From a virus (taxonomy: Duplodnaviria; Caudoviricetes): DNA of 33,709 nucleotides. The stretch spans positions 1-33,709 of IMG/VR virus record IMGVR_UViG_3300020397_000515, one strand, 5' to 3'. Below are positions 27,015 through 33,709 of the stretch, in pieces. The position numbers and the translations under genes are program-made. The notes under the pieces were generated by a model. That model saw only the letters and a list, made by a program, of their open reading frames with translations, was not told the DNA's origin and made no database searches. Position 1 is the stretch's first letter. The number at the start of each line of letters is the position of its first letter.

Positions 27015-27538
27015 TATGCTACCTCTCTAACTGATTGTATCCATTCTAAAGCTGGTTTAGTGTTCTCACCAAATGATCTATGATCATAACTAGCACCACA
27101 GCTTTCACCAATAACCCAGGTCAATAATCCATCATCACTTTTAGGTTTAGAAATTTTTTGTAATACAAACCCACAAGCTAATAATGAAGCTCCACTTTCA
27201 TAAGGTCTAGTGTAAGTAACAACACATTTGTAACCTAATGCAAAACAAGCATTAACCGCTTTTCTTAAAAGAAAACTTGATACATTATTTCCTTCTTCTA
27301 GACCAGGTCTTACAACACAACGTCTAATTTCAACATGATCTCTTCTTTTTGACCATGCATGGCTTGAACAATTATCAACAGTAACAATCCCAAGATACTC
27401 ATCTGATGGGTTATATCTATCGATAACACCTATAGTAAACTTATGTCTTTTCAAAGGCTTACTATGTCTATGATATTTAAGAGTATAATCAGATGCTTCA
27501 TCTAATTTTACCCTTTCGATCTCTAACATTCTTTTCAT
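27014..27538 (-). CDS. Mom-like (XF1762-type) GNAT-fold protein
   Basis: YHRHSKP..RHKFTIG, EIRR, SFLLRKA, ALGYKCVVTYT...ESGASLLACGF; AGGAG RBS before 27538. Confidence 0.7.
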   Translation of the reverse strand: MKRMLEIERVKLDEASDYTLKYHRHSKPLKRHKFTIGVIDRYNPSDEYLGIVTVDNCSSHAWSKRRDHVEIRRCVVRPGLEEGNNVSSFLLRKAVNACFALGYKCVVTYTRPYESGASLLACGFVLQKISKPKSDDGLLTWVIGESCGASYDHRSFGENTKPALEWIQSVREVA

Positions 27539-27632
27539 ATTTTTTCTCCTCATATTATATATATAACAGTTTCTGTCACATTTACAATACAAAGATACAA
27601 AAAAATGCAAACAAATTTAATTTATTCTAATA

Positions 27633-27645
27633 TATCAGGGAGTTA
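27633..27645 (+). promoter_or_regulatory. IHF-binding consensus in the candidate attP region
   Basis: TATCAG-GGAG-TTA matches WATCAR-N4-TTR, preceded by an AT tract. Confidence 0.4.
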
Positions 27646-27663
27646 TAGAGGTGGGGTATCGAC

Positions 27664-27762
27664 CTAAGATTTATTTTTCATCATTAAAGATTTCTTTTTT
27701 TTACCCTCTTTCATAGGCTTTTTCTTTGTAGATTTTTTACCATAAGATGATTTGCCATACAT
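27664..27762 (-). CDS. Lys-rich microprotein (32 aa, not in ORF track)
   Basis: MYGKSSYGKKSTKKKPMKEGKKKKSLMMKNKS; AAGGA RBS. Confidence 0.6.
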   Translation of the reverse strand: MYGKSSYGKKSTKKKPMKEGKKKKSLMMKNKS

Positions 27763-27766
27763 AATA

Positions 27767-27955
27767 TTATCCTTTCATTTTTTTCATTAGTGACATTGCT
27801 TTTGACTTCGCAGCTTTTGATAAATCTTTTGCGTGGTAAACTTGCTTTGAACCAGCGCTGTGTGTTTTTCCAGTATGAATTGCACCACCAGGCATTTTGT
27901 GGACTTCGCCTTTGTATGGTTTTCCATCACTAAAAAAATGTATTCCTTCTGCCAT
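27767..27955 (-). CDS. His/Lys-rich small protein
   Basis: DGKPYKGEVHKMPGGAIHTGKTH; GGAG RBS. Confidence 0.75.
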   Translation of the reverse strand: MAEGIHFFSDGKPYKGEVHKMPGGAIHTGKTHSAGSKQVYHAKDLSKAAKSKAMSLMKKMKG

Positions 27956-27958
27956 AAT

Positions 27959-28243
27959 TTAACTCCACTTAGTTTTATCTGCCCAAAACGCAGCAGACAT
28001 TTTTCCTTTTGAAATATTTTTTGCGTGTCTTGCCTTGAAGTTTTTACGCTTATCTTTCATCTTTTGACTTTCACCTTCTTTTGGCGCACCAGCTGTGTTA
28101 GCACCTTGCTGTCCAAATCGAATAGTCTTAATTTGATTACCTGATTTAGCTACAACTATATGACTTTTAGTTGGGTGACCAGGTGTTCTTTTAGGTTTGT
28201 TGTACCCACTAAGCTTAAATCTTTTTAATAGACTTGCGCTCAT
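27959..28243 (-). CDS. Basic small protein (TIRFGQQG...FKARH...SAAFWA type)
   Basis: ORF track; recognisable marine phage family motif. Confidence 0.8.
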   Translation of the reverse strand: MSASLLKRFKLSGYNKPKRTPGHPTKSHIVVAKSGNQIKTIRFGQQGANTAGAPKEGESQKMKDKRKNFKARHAKNISKGKMSAAFWADKTKWS

Positions 28244-28404
28244 GTTGCCTTAACATCTCCCATCTTAGCTGCTTTCTTAGCAAAGTTAGCACCACCCATT
28301 TTAGTAAGTGTTCCATAAACATATTTGTTTACATCCTTACCTTTTAGTCCTTTTGCTTTTGCTTTTTTCATCAAAGACATTTCAAGTTTTTCCATACCTG
28401 GCAT
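28240..28404 (-). CDS. Lys-rich microprotein (54 aa, not in ORF track)
   Basis: MPGMEKLEMSLMKKAKAKGLKGKDVNKYVYGTLTKMGG...; AGGAG RBS; coupled overlaps. Confidence 0.7.
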   Translation of the reverse strand: MPGMEKLEMSLMKKAKAKGLKGKDVNKYVYGTLTKMGGANFAKKAAKMGDVKAT

Positions 28405-28649
28405 TATATACTCCTATATTTTCTTGTTTTTTTCATTATGGATTCAGGTTGTTTTGAAAACTGTTTACCAGCTTTCTTAGCTTTTCTTTTGGCAGCTGTA
28501 GTTGCTGCATATTCAGCTGGTGTTAATGCTTTGATTGCAGCTGTAGGTAAATATCTTTCTCCAGTTACACTTGATTTTTTACCTGACTTTGTACGCCATT
28601 TCTGTTTGCCCCAGCTTTTTAAACTTTGTTGTGACTTGGCTAAACTCAT
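28404..28649 (-). CDS. Basic small protein (SQQSLKSWGKQKWRTKSGK...GERYLP type)
   Basis: ORF track; ATGA coupling. Confidence 0.8.
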   Translation of the reverse strand: MSLAKSQQSLKSWGKQKWRTKSGKKSSVTGERYLPTAAIKALTPAEYAATTAAKRKAKKAGKQFSKQPESIMKKTRKYRSI

Positions 28650-28813
28650 TTATATCCACCACCCCTAGCCTTATATGTCTTTGCAAGAAGCTGCGCTTTC
28701 CTGGCAGACCATTTACCAGCTGCTGTACCATGAGTGTTCCTTGCTAAAATAGATTTATATAATCTTTTTCTCATTGTTGGTTTGGTATAATTACCAGCTG
28801 CGTTAACCGCCAT
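28646..28813 (-). CDS. Basic microprotein (55 aa, not in ORF track)
   Basis: MAVNAAGNYTKPTMRKRL...GKWSARKAQLLAKTYKARGGGYK. Confidence 0.8.
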   Translation of the reverse strand: MAVNAAGNYTKPTMRKRLYKSILARNTHGTAAGKWSARKAQLLAKTYKARGGGYK

Positions 28814-29258
28814 AGATCAAACCTTTCTGATAACCAGTATCTCGATTGTAAGTTAATGTTTCTTTCCTTGGTTCATGGACATAGCTGCAATGAACCCATC
28901 CTGAGTTTTTATCTCCAGGCTTGTAACATTCTAATATCAGTTGATCGAATGGTAGATTACTTTCTATCCACCTGGCTAAATCATAATTATCTATACCTGA
29001 TACTTCAAAGTCAGCTGCCTGACCTTTGGCGTGTTGGCTTTTGATTGTAGATCCAACAGCTACACACAGTTCAGGTGATCGATATCCACTTGAAACAATG
29101 AATGCACCAAACTTATCTCGAATAGGTTGCAAAATATTTTCAGCTAATAGTTTTAAATTTTCTATGTGTTCTTTATCAGGATAATTATCTATCCCTTTTC
29201 TTTCAGCTGTTTGACTTTTGATCATCTCAGCCAAGGTAAAATTTGTTGATAGTTCCAT
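28803..29258 (-). CDS. Peptidase M15 endolysin
   Basis: LSTNFTLAEM, SSGYRS, SQHAKGQAAD, FDQLILE, WVHCS zinc-peptidase motifs. Confidence 0.9.
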   Translation of the reverse strand: MELSTNFTLAEMIKSQTAERKGIDNYPDKEHIENLKLLAENILQPIRDKFGAFIVSSGYRSPELCVAVGSTIKSQHAKGQAADFEVSGIDNYDLARWIESNLPFDQLILECYKPGDKNSGWVHCSYVHEPRKETLTYNRDTGYQKGLIYGG

Positions 29259-29638
29259 TATTTTCTTTTCCTAAATTTATCTACACCTTTCAAACCTAGT
29301 CCAGCTAATATGGTCACATACAAAACATTCTGATACCAATCAGGTAATTCATTTAATCTATCAAAACCTTGTTTGACTATATCTTCCATGCCAGGAATAA
29401 AAACTAGTATTACTGGTATCAAAACAATAATAGTTATTATCTCATCTTTCCAAGAGTTCTGAGTACTTTGCGCCATGATAAGTTCCCATTTACTATCATG
29501 GGTGGCAGCTGTTTTCATTACCTCAGCTTCAGCTTCTGCTTTAGCTTTAGCAACAGCAGCTTTGCCTTTTGTTTCCTCAAGCTTCCTATCTAAAAAAGAT
29601 GTAGCCAGGTTTGCAAGCGGTGTTAAAAATTGTATCAT
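29258..29638 (-). CDS. Putative holin
   Basis: SWKDE followed by a TM helix, LPDWYQ and a second TM, basic C-terminus; adjacent to the endolysin. Confidence 0.7.
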   Translation of the reverse strand: MIQFLTPLANLATSFLDRKLEETKGKAAVAKAKAEAEAEVMKTAATHDSKWELIMAQSTQNSWKDEIITIIVLIPVILVFIPGMEDIVKQGFDRLNELPDWYQNVLYVTILAGLGLKGVDKFRKRK

Positions 29639-29955
29639 TTTTTACTTTTATCCATCCAAGCAGTTGTACCCATATAGGTTCCAACAATACCAGCGCCACT
29701 TATATAAAATAAATTTGAAATATCTGACATAGCTTCCAGGCGATCTAGCGGTATGAAGAAGCAAGCAACTGTAAACACACCCATACCAATAAGTGTATAT
29801 CTAGCCATACGAAGCTGCGCTAAATTTTTTCTTAATCGACTTTCGTTTTCTTTTATCTCTTTAGCTTGTTTCAGTTCTTCATTTGTAATTTCGTTGTCAC
29901 CATCAAGATCGTATGAATCGATCATAGATCCTTTTTGTAATTTCTTTTGTGCCAT
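29635..29955 (-). CDS. Two-TM membrane protein with EF-hand-like loop
   Basis: DLDGDNEITNEE plus two hydrophobic helices; likely start MAQKK. Confidence 0.65.
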   Translation of the reverse strand: MAQKKLQKGSMIDSYDLDGDNEITNEELKQAKEIKENESRLRKNLAQLRMARYTLIGMGVFTVACFFIPLDRLEAMSDISNLFYISGAGIVGTYMGTTAWMDKSKK

Positions 29956-30155
29956 TAAAATAACCTCGTACCTTTGTTTACTAAAGTGGCTTTGCACATA
30001 CATTCATATTTACGCACCTGATCCCCAAGTTGCATAACCTGACCATGCAATCTGTTTTTAAAATAATTACAATTGTTTACGTTTGAAAACTTTAGATCCC
30101 CACTATACTGTAAAGGATCTGTCATAAAACACATTAATATAAATGCAGCCTTCAT
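29955..30155 (-). CDS. Small Cys-containing protein
   Basis: 66 aa, hydrophobic N-terminus, coupled overlaps. Confidence 0.55.
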   Translation of the reverse strand: MKAAFILMCFMTDPLQYSGDLKFSNVNNCNYFKNRLHGQVMQLGDQVRKYECMCKATLVNKGTRLF

Positions 30156-30631
30156 CTACTTTCCTTATATAACCAAGCAAGCATAAAAATAAATCCAACA
30201 ACTGTGAGAAACAATACTACCCAGCCTACACCTTCCCATATCTTGCGGATCATTTCTTGTCTTTCGTAAATCTCTTTTTTTCGCTGGAGCCTAATCTCTT
30301 TTTCCATTTCCAAAATTTGGTTCCATGAATTGGCTCCGTAGTGAAAATTCAAAAATGACTTGAGTTCCTGTCGCTGTGCTTCTAACTTTTTTTTTGCGGT
30401 AAATGCTTCAATAGCACTTGCTTCTATCTCTTTACCTTTAAATAATTTACGAAGTGGTGAAGCATTCTTCGCAGATTTCTCTGCATTATCAATGTCACTC
30501 ATCGCACCCATCCAGCGTGATAGGTCTTTACCCATTGATTCTATTTCTCGACCAGCCATAAAACCAGCACGAATTGCACCAAAAGCCTTGGAAGCTGCTG
30601 TAATGGCAAGTCCAATTGATGCTGGATCCAT
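30152..30631 (-). CDS. Coiled-coil protein with C-terminal TM helix
   Basis: MDPASIGLAITAA...; TM VGWVVLFLTVVGFIFMLAWLY. Confidence 0.7.
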   Translation of the reverse strand: MDPASIGLAITAASKAFGAIRAGFMAGREIESMGKDLSRWMGAMSDIDNAEKSAKNASPLRKLFKGKEIEASAIEAFTAKKKLEAQRQELKSFLNFHYGANSWNQILEMEKEIRLQRKKEIYERQEMIRKIWEGVGWVVLFLTVVGFIFMLAWLYKESR

Positions 30632-30641
30632 TAAATTTTTC

Positions 30642-30809
30642 CTATTTTAAAACTATTGATAACAACAAAAGAATTGTTGTACCAGCTGTGCCTATCATTA
30701 TGGCTTCTATTCGTTTTATACGAAGGATAGTTTCCTTCCATCTCTCTGCACACACAGCTTCATGTGTATCTATCTGTGACTTAACTTCTGTTACTGATGG
30801 TCTAGGCAT
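30642..30809 (-). CDS. Small coiled-coil/TM protein
   Basis: IDTHEAVCAERW...RIKRIE plus TM; GGAG RBS before MPRP. Confidence 0.7.
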   Translation of the reverse strand: MPRPSVTEVKSQIDTHEAVCAERWKETILRIKRIEAIMIGTAGTTILLLLSIVLK

Positions 30810-30832
30810 ATACTCTAATATTATACCCCACA

Positions 30833-31369
30833 CTAGCCTTTAATTTCCATAGCTGTTATAGTTGATGTAGTTCTTGAGTTATATGCACCATCATCTCCAC
30901 TATTCGTTCCATTAATAGCCAATCCAGTAGTGTTAGGATTATGTTTATTTTGACCTTGTACAGTATAAGTAAGTTGTGATGTTGAATTATGAGTGGTATC
31001 TAACACTTGCATCACTTTACTTTCAATATTGTAATGATCATTAAAACTTGTGCTTCCATATATATGTGCCATTCCCAACATTCTGTTTCCAGCTGCAACT
31101 GGTGTAATTATGGCATTCCCACCTCTAGCAATTCTAAAGGTAATATGATAACTCGAAATAGAAACTTGCAAAGTTGCAATTACATATATTTTACTAGATG
31201 TAGAACTTGGTGTTATATTTACACTAAGTCCACTTATATTTTCAAAATTAAGATCAAAATCAGCACTACCAGTATTGTCTAGTTTGTTAGCACTTACAGT
31301 TTGTATAACACTACCATTAGGTAAAGAACTTAAACCACTTCCACTAAAATTTAATTTTGTTAATGCCAT
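30833..31369 (-). CDS. Small fibre/receptor-binding module
   Basis: GSVIQTV...ISGLSVNITPSSTSSKI...STITAMEI motif. Confidence 0.7.
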   Translation of the reverse strand: MALTKLNFSGSGLSSLPNGSVIQTVSANKLDNTGSADFDLNFENISGLSVNITPSSTSSKIYVIATLQVSISSYHITFRIARGGNAIITPVAAGNRMLGMAHIYGSTSFNDHYNIESKVMQVLDTTHNSTSQLTYTVQGQNKHNPNTTGLAINGTNSGDDGAYNSRTTSTITAMEIKG

Positions 31370-31372
31370 AAT

Positions 31373-31912
31373 CTATCCTATTAAATGTCCAGTTAAAGTA
31401 ACATTATATTTATTTGCTACAGTACTTACATAAACATAACCTTTATTTACATTAATTCTAATTCTATCATTTTGTGCTAATAAAACTGATGCACTAAATG
31501 TTATGTTAGGTAGTAAAGTAGCACCTGAACCAGTATAATGATAAGCTCCATTTATTATTTCTGAATAGCTTGATCCATTATCTGTGGATTTTTCTAATAA
31601 TACTTGTACTTCTCCTCCAACTGGTACAGTAGAAGCATTTACTCCAGCACCTATTGCAGAAAAATTAAATTGATATACACCATTAACTGGCACAAGAAAG
31701 TAATTACCACTTGTATTCCAATGATTGCCTTGATTAGTGACAGGAGAATCAAAAGTTATAAGTCCACCAATTGAAATAGATCCACCAGAGTTAAATCTTA
31801 CAACATGAAAAAAAGGTAATTGTGGTTTAGTTACTCTACCACTTCCATCAATAGTCATAGCAGTATTTCCACTACTGTTCTGAATATTGTTTACTTTAAT
31901 TATACTTGTCAT
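31373..31912 (-). CDS. C1q/TNF-like fibre tip protein
   Basis: ITFDS...NQGNHWNTSGNYFLVPVNGVYQFNF...LAQNDRI...LTGHLIG. Confidence 0.75.
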   Translation of the reverse strand: MTSIIKVNNIQNSSGNTAMTIDGSGRVTKPQLPFFHVVRFNSGGSISIGGLITFDSPVTNQGNHWNTSGNYFLVPVNGVYQFNFSAIGAGVNASTVPVGGEVQVLLEKSTDNGSSYSEIINGAYHYTGSGATLLPNITFSASVLLAQNDRIRINVNKGYVYVSTVANKYNVTLTGHLIG

Positions 31913-31920
31913 AGTTTATC

Positions 31921-32457
31921 CTATGTTAGTTCTTGAATTAAATTTATAATTAGTCTTGTATATATATCTTCATGTGGCATGGTATTAGAGTTTCTATAAT
32001 AATAAGAAGTACCATGAGTTTGCACACCCATTACTTGATTAGCATTTAATTGAATTGTTACACTACCAGTAGAAGTTCTAGATTCTCTTGCCCAAAAAGT
32101 TTGAGCTATCACATTATCATCAACATTTAAATGCCATGATTTAACATCACCCTCAAGTGATGATATAGTAAAAAAATCTACAAAATATAAACCTTTAACT
32201 GGTGCAGTATATTTATATGTTGAGGTATTAAAATCAGAGCTTCCACTTCCAGCACTTTGATATACAGTATTAAATGGTAAATAGCCATTGTCAGCAACGC
32301 TTACATAACCACTTGTTCCTTGTGGATAAACCCAAACATAACTTGTAGTTTTTGGTGTAACAACACCAGTACCACTTATGGTCATAGCAGTATTAGTACC
32401 AGTACTATCTTTTATATTAGCGACTTCTAAGTTTGTTGCATTTATAATTCCACTCAT
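31921..32457 (-). CDS. C1q/TNF-like fibre tip protein
   Basis: LPFNTV...FNTSTYKYTAPVKGLYFV...IQLNANQ. Confidence 0.75.
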   Translation of the reverse strand: MSGIINATNLEVANIKDSTGTNTAMTISGTGVVTPKTTSYVWVYPQGTSGYVSVADNGYLPFNTVYQSAGSGSSDFNTSTYKYTAPVKGLYFVDFFTISSLEGDVKSWHLNVDDNVIAQTFWARESRTSTGSVTIQLNANQVMGVQTHGTSYYYRNSNTMPHEDIYTRLIINLIQELT

Positions 32458-32876
32458 CCTATTAATACCCCAGTAAATAATGTATTATGCCCATAAGTAC
32501 CATTACCATTTGTAGCCATAAAAGCAGTAACTACATCATTTGCAGATAGTTCTAATGGAGCAGTTAAGGTGTTAGCGTCATTTCCATTATGCCAATGACT
32601 AAAAGGACTATATGGATTTGATCCATTAACATTAAAATATTTTGATGAATCGTTATTGTTACTTGAAAAAGTACATAGATAAAGACCAGCAGTAATGATT
32701 GTTATTGCACCACTATTATTTGTTACACCTCTTAACTTATAAACTTGATCAAAAGCTAATGTTCCTTCAACTTGTGAATTACTGCTAAAACCTAAAACCC
32801 ATATAGGTTTATTAGGTATTGTTACTGTACCACCACTTGTCTTTGGCTCTATTGTATCTACAAATATTTTAGACAA
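32454..32876 (-). CDS. Compact C1q-like fibre tip protein
   Basis: MSKIFVDTIEPKT; ITIITAGLY, LELSANDVV, FTGVLIG. Confidence 0.65.
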   Translation of the reverse strand: MSKIFVDTIEPKTSGGTVTIPNKPIWVLGFSSNSQVEGTLAFDQVYKLRGVTNNSGAITIITAGLYLCTFSSNNNDSSKYFNVNGSNPYSPFSHWHNGNDANTLTAPLELSANDVVTAFMATNGNGTYGHNTLFTGVLIG

Positions 32877-33333
32877 TTGTTAACACTCCATTTACTGTTA
32901 AGGTAACACCACTATCAATAGTGATATCACCAGCAACCATTGCTCTTTCAGATGTACCTATTGTTATGTTATCTGATATTGTTGAATCATTTATTCTTAG
33001 AGGATCACGAAACAATGTAGTCGATAGATGTGTGCCTTGTACTGATCCAGTTGATGGTACACCACTAGATAAAGCACTACCCATAACAAGTATGTAATCA
33101 ATAACATCATTTGCTGATAATGTTTGTGTAAAAACAATCTGTGATCCTGATATATTAAAAGCATCTTGTGGTGCTTGTGTTACACCATTTACTGATACAA
33201 TACATTGTTCAGCAGTTCCAGGTGCGAAAGCTGCACCATTTCTTTGTAAGTTAAATGTATTAGTTGCACTTGTAGTTATGGCATCTAATTTTATAAATTC
33301 ACCAGTAATATTTTCTCTACCTACATATGGCAT
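32869..33333 (-). CDS. Fibre adaptor protein
   Basis: MPYVG...VSVNGVTQAP..AFNISGSQIVF, similar to the N-terminus of 345..1163; C-terminal ITIDSGVTLTVNGVLTIV. Confidence 0.7.
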   Translation of the reverse strand: MPYVGRENITGEFIKLDAITTSATNTFNLQRNGAAFAPGTAEQCIVSVNGVTQAPQDAFNISGSQIVFTQTLSANDVIDYILVMGSALSSGVPSTGSVQGTHLSTTLFRDPLRINDSTISDNITIGTSERAMVAGDITIDSGVTLTVNGVLTIV

Positions 33334-33336
33334 AAT

Positions 33337-33627
33337 TTAATCCTTTGGTTTCTCTGGAAACTTAAAATCTTTATCATTCATGCTTTTAAATTTCTTAGTT
33401 ATATCTCTTAGTTCTTGTCTATATGTTTTCCATTTAGTTGGCATGGTAACATCTGAGTTTCCCATATAATCTGTTTCAACTAAAAGATTATTTCTAAATC
33501 TTCTTAATATTTCTAAATCATCTTCAGCTTGTGTACTTTCAATAATTTTTTTTCTGTCATCAAATTCTTTAATTTCTTCAGAAGTCATTTTAACTTTTTT
33601 GCCATCTAATAGTTTATATTTTGTCAT
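33337..33627 (-). CDS. Tail fibre assembly chaperone
   Basis: LRRFRNNLLVETDY...WKTYRQELRDIT...FPEKP. Confidence 0.85.
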   Translation of the reverse strand: MTKYKLLDGKKVKMTSEEIKEFDDRKKIIESTQAEDDLEILRRFRNNLLVETDYMGNSDVTMPTKWKTYRQELRDITKKFKSMNDKDFKFPEKPKD

Positions 33628-33709
33628 GACATCACCTTATATAATCCGTAACCATAAGAAGTAAAAGCAGCACCAGCTGTCACAAAAATATTTATATTTG
33701 CATTTACCT
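33624..33709 (-). CDS. C-terminal fragment of a small fibre protein (...FTSYGYGLYKVMS)
   Basis: Open frame from the window end to a TGA overlapping the chaperone ATG. Confidence 0.6.
   Translation of the reverse strand, partial: VNANINIFVTAGAAFTSYGYGLYKVMS

Noticed and set aside
27640-27670. tRNA 3'-end attP core
   Set aside because: No TTCGA T-loop or acceptor-stem pattern on either strand
1-33709. CRISPR array, tRNA genes, diversity-generating retroelement
   Set aside because: No regularly spaced repeats, cloverleaf, reverse transcriptase or template/variable repeat pair seen despite the BPP-1-like head genes

Overview
AT-rich window that reads as an almost complete, circularly permuted genome (~34 kb) of a temperate short-tailed (podovirus-type) dsDNA phage. 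The gene families suggest a marine alphaproteobacterial host (inference). The minus strand carries the packaging and virion operon: TerS, TerL, portal, scaffold, capsid, tail tubular A/B, internal/ejection proteins and a T7-like fibre. It continues across the window junction into a modular array of small fibre/receptor-binding genes, a lysis cassette (membrane proteins plus an M15 peptidase), six tandem Lys-rich microproteins, a Mom-like GNAT protein and a tyrosine integrase. A short plus-strand early operon (PD-(D/E)XK exonuclease, Rad52/Sak-like annealase, excisionase) diverges from a single Cro-like HTH gene. No RNA polymerase, DNA polymerase, primase, helicase or CI-type repressor is recognisable. 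The most striking element is a putative ejection protein with a C-terminal HhH-GPD DNA-glycosylase-like domain. It is followed by an overlapping small acidic ORF and a promoter/terminator pair, i.e. a candidate virion-delivered DNA-acting effector plus inhibitor module. All annotations come from motif recognition by eye and synteny; no database searches were run.
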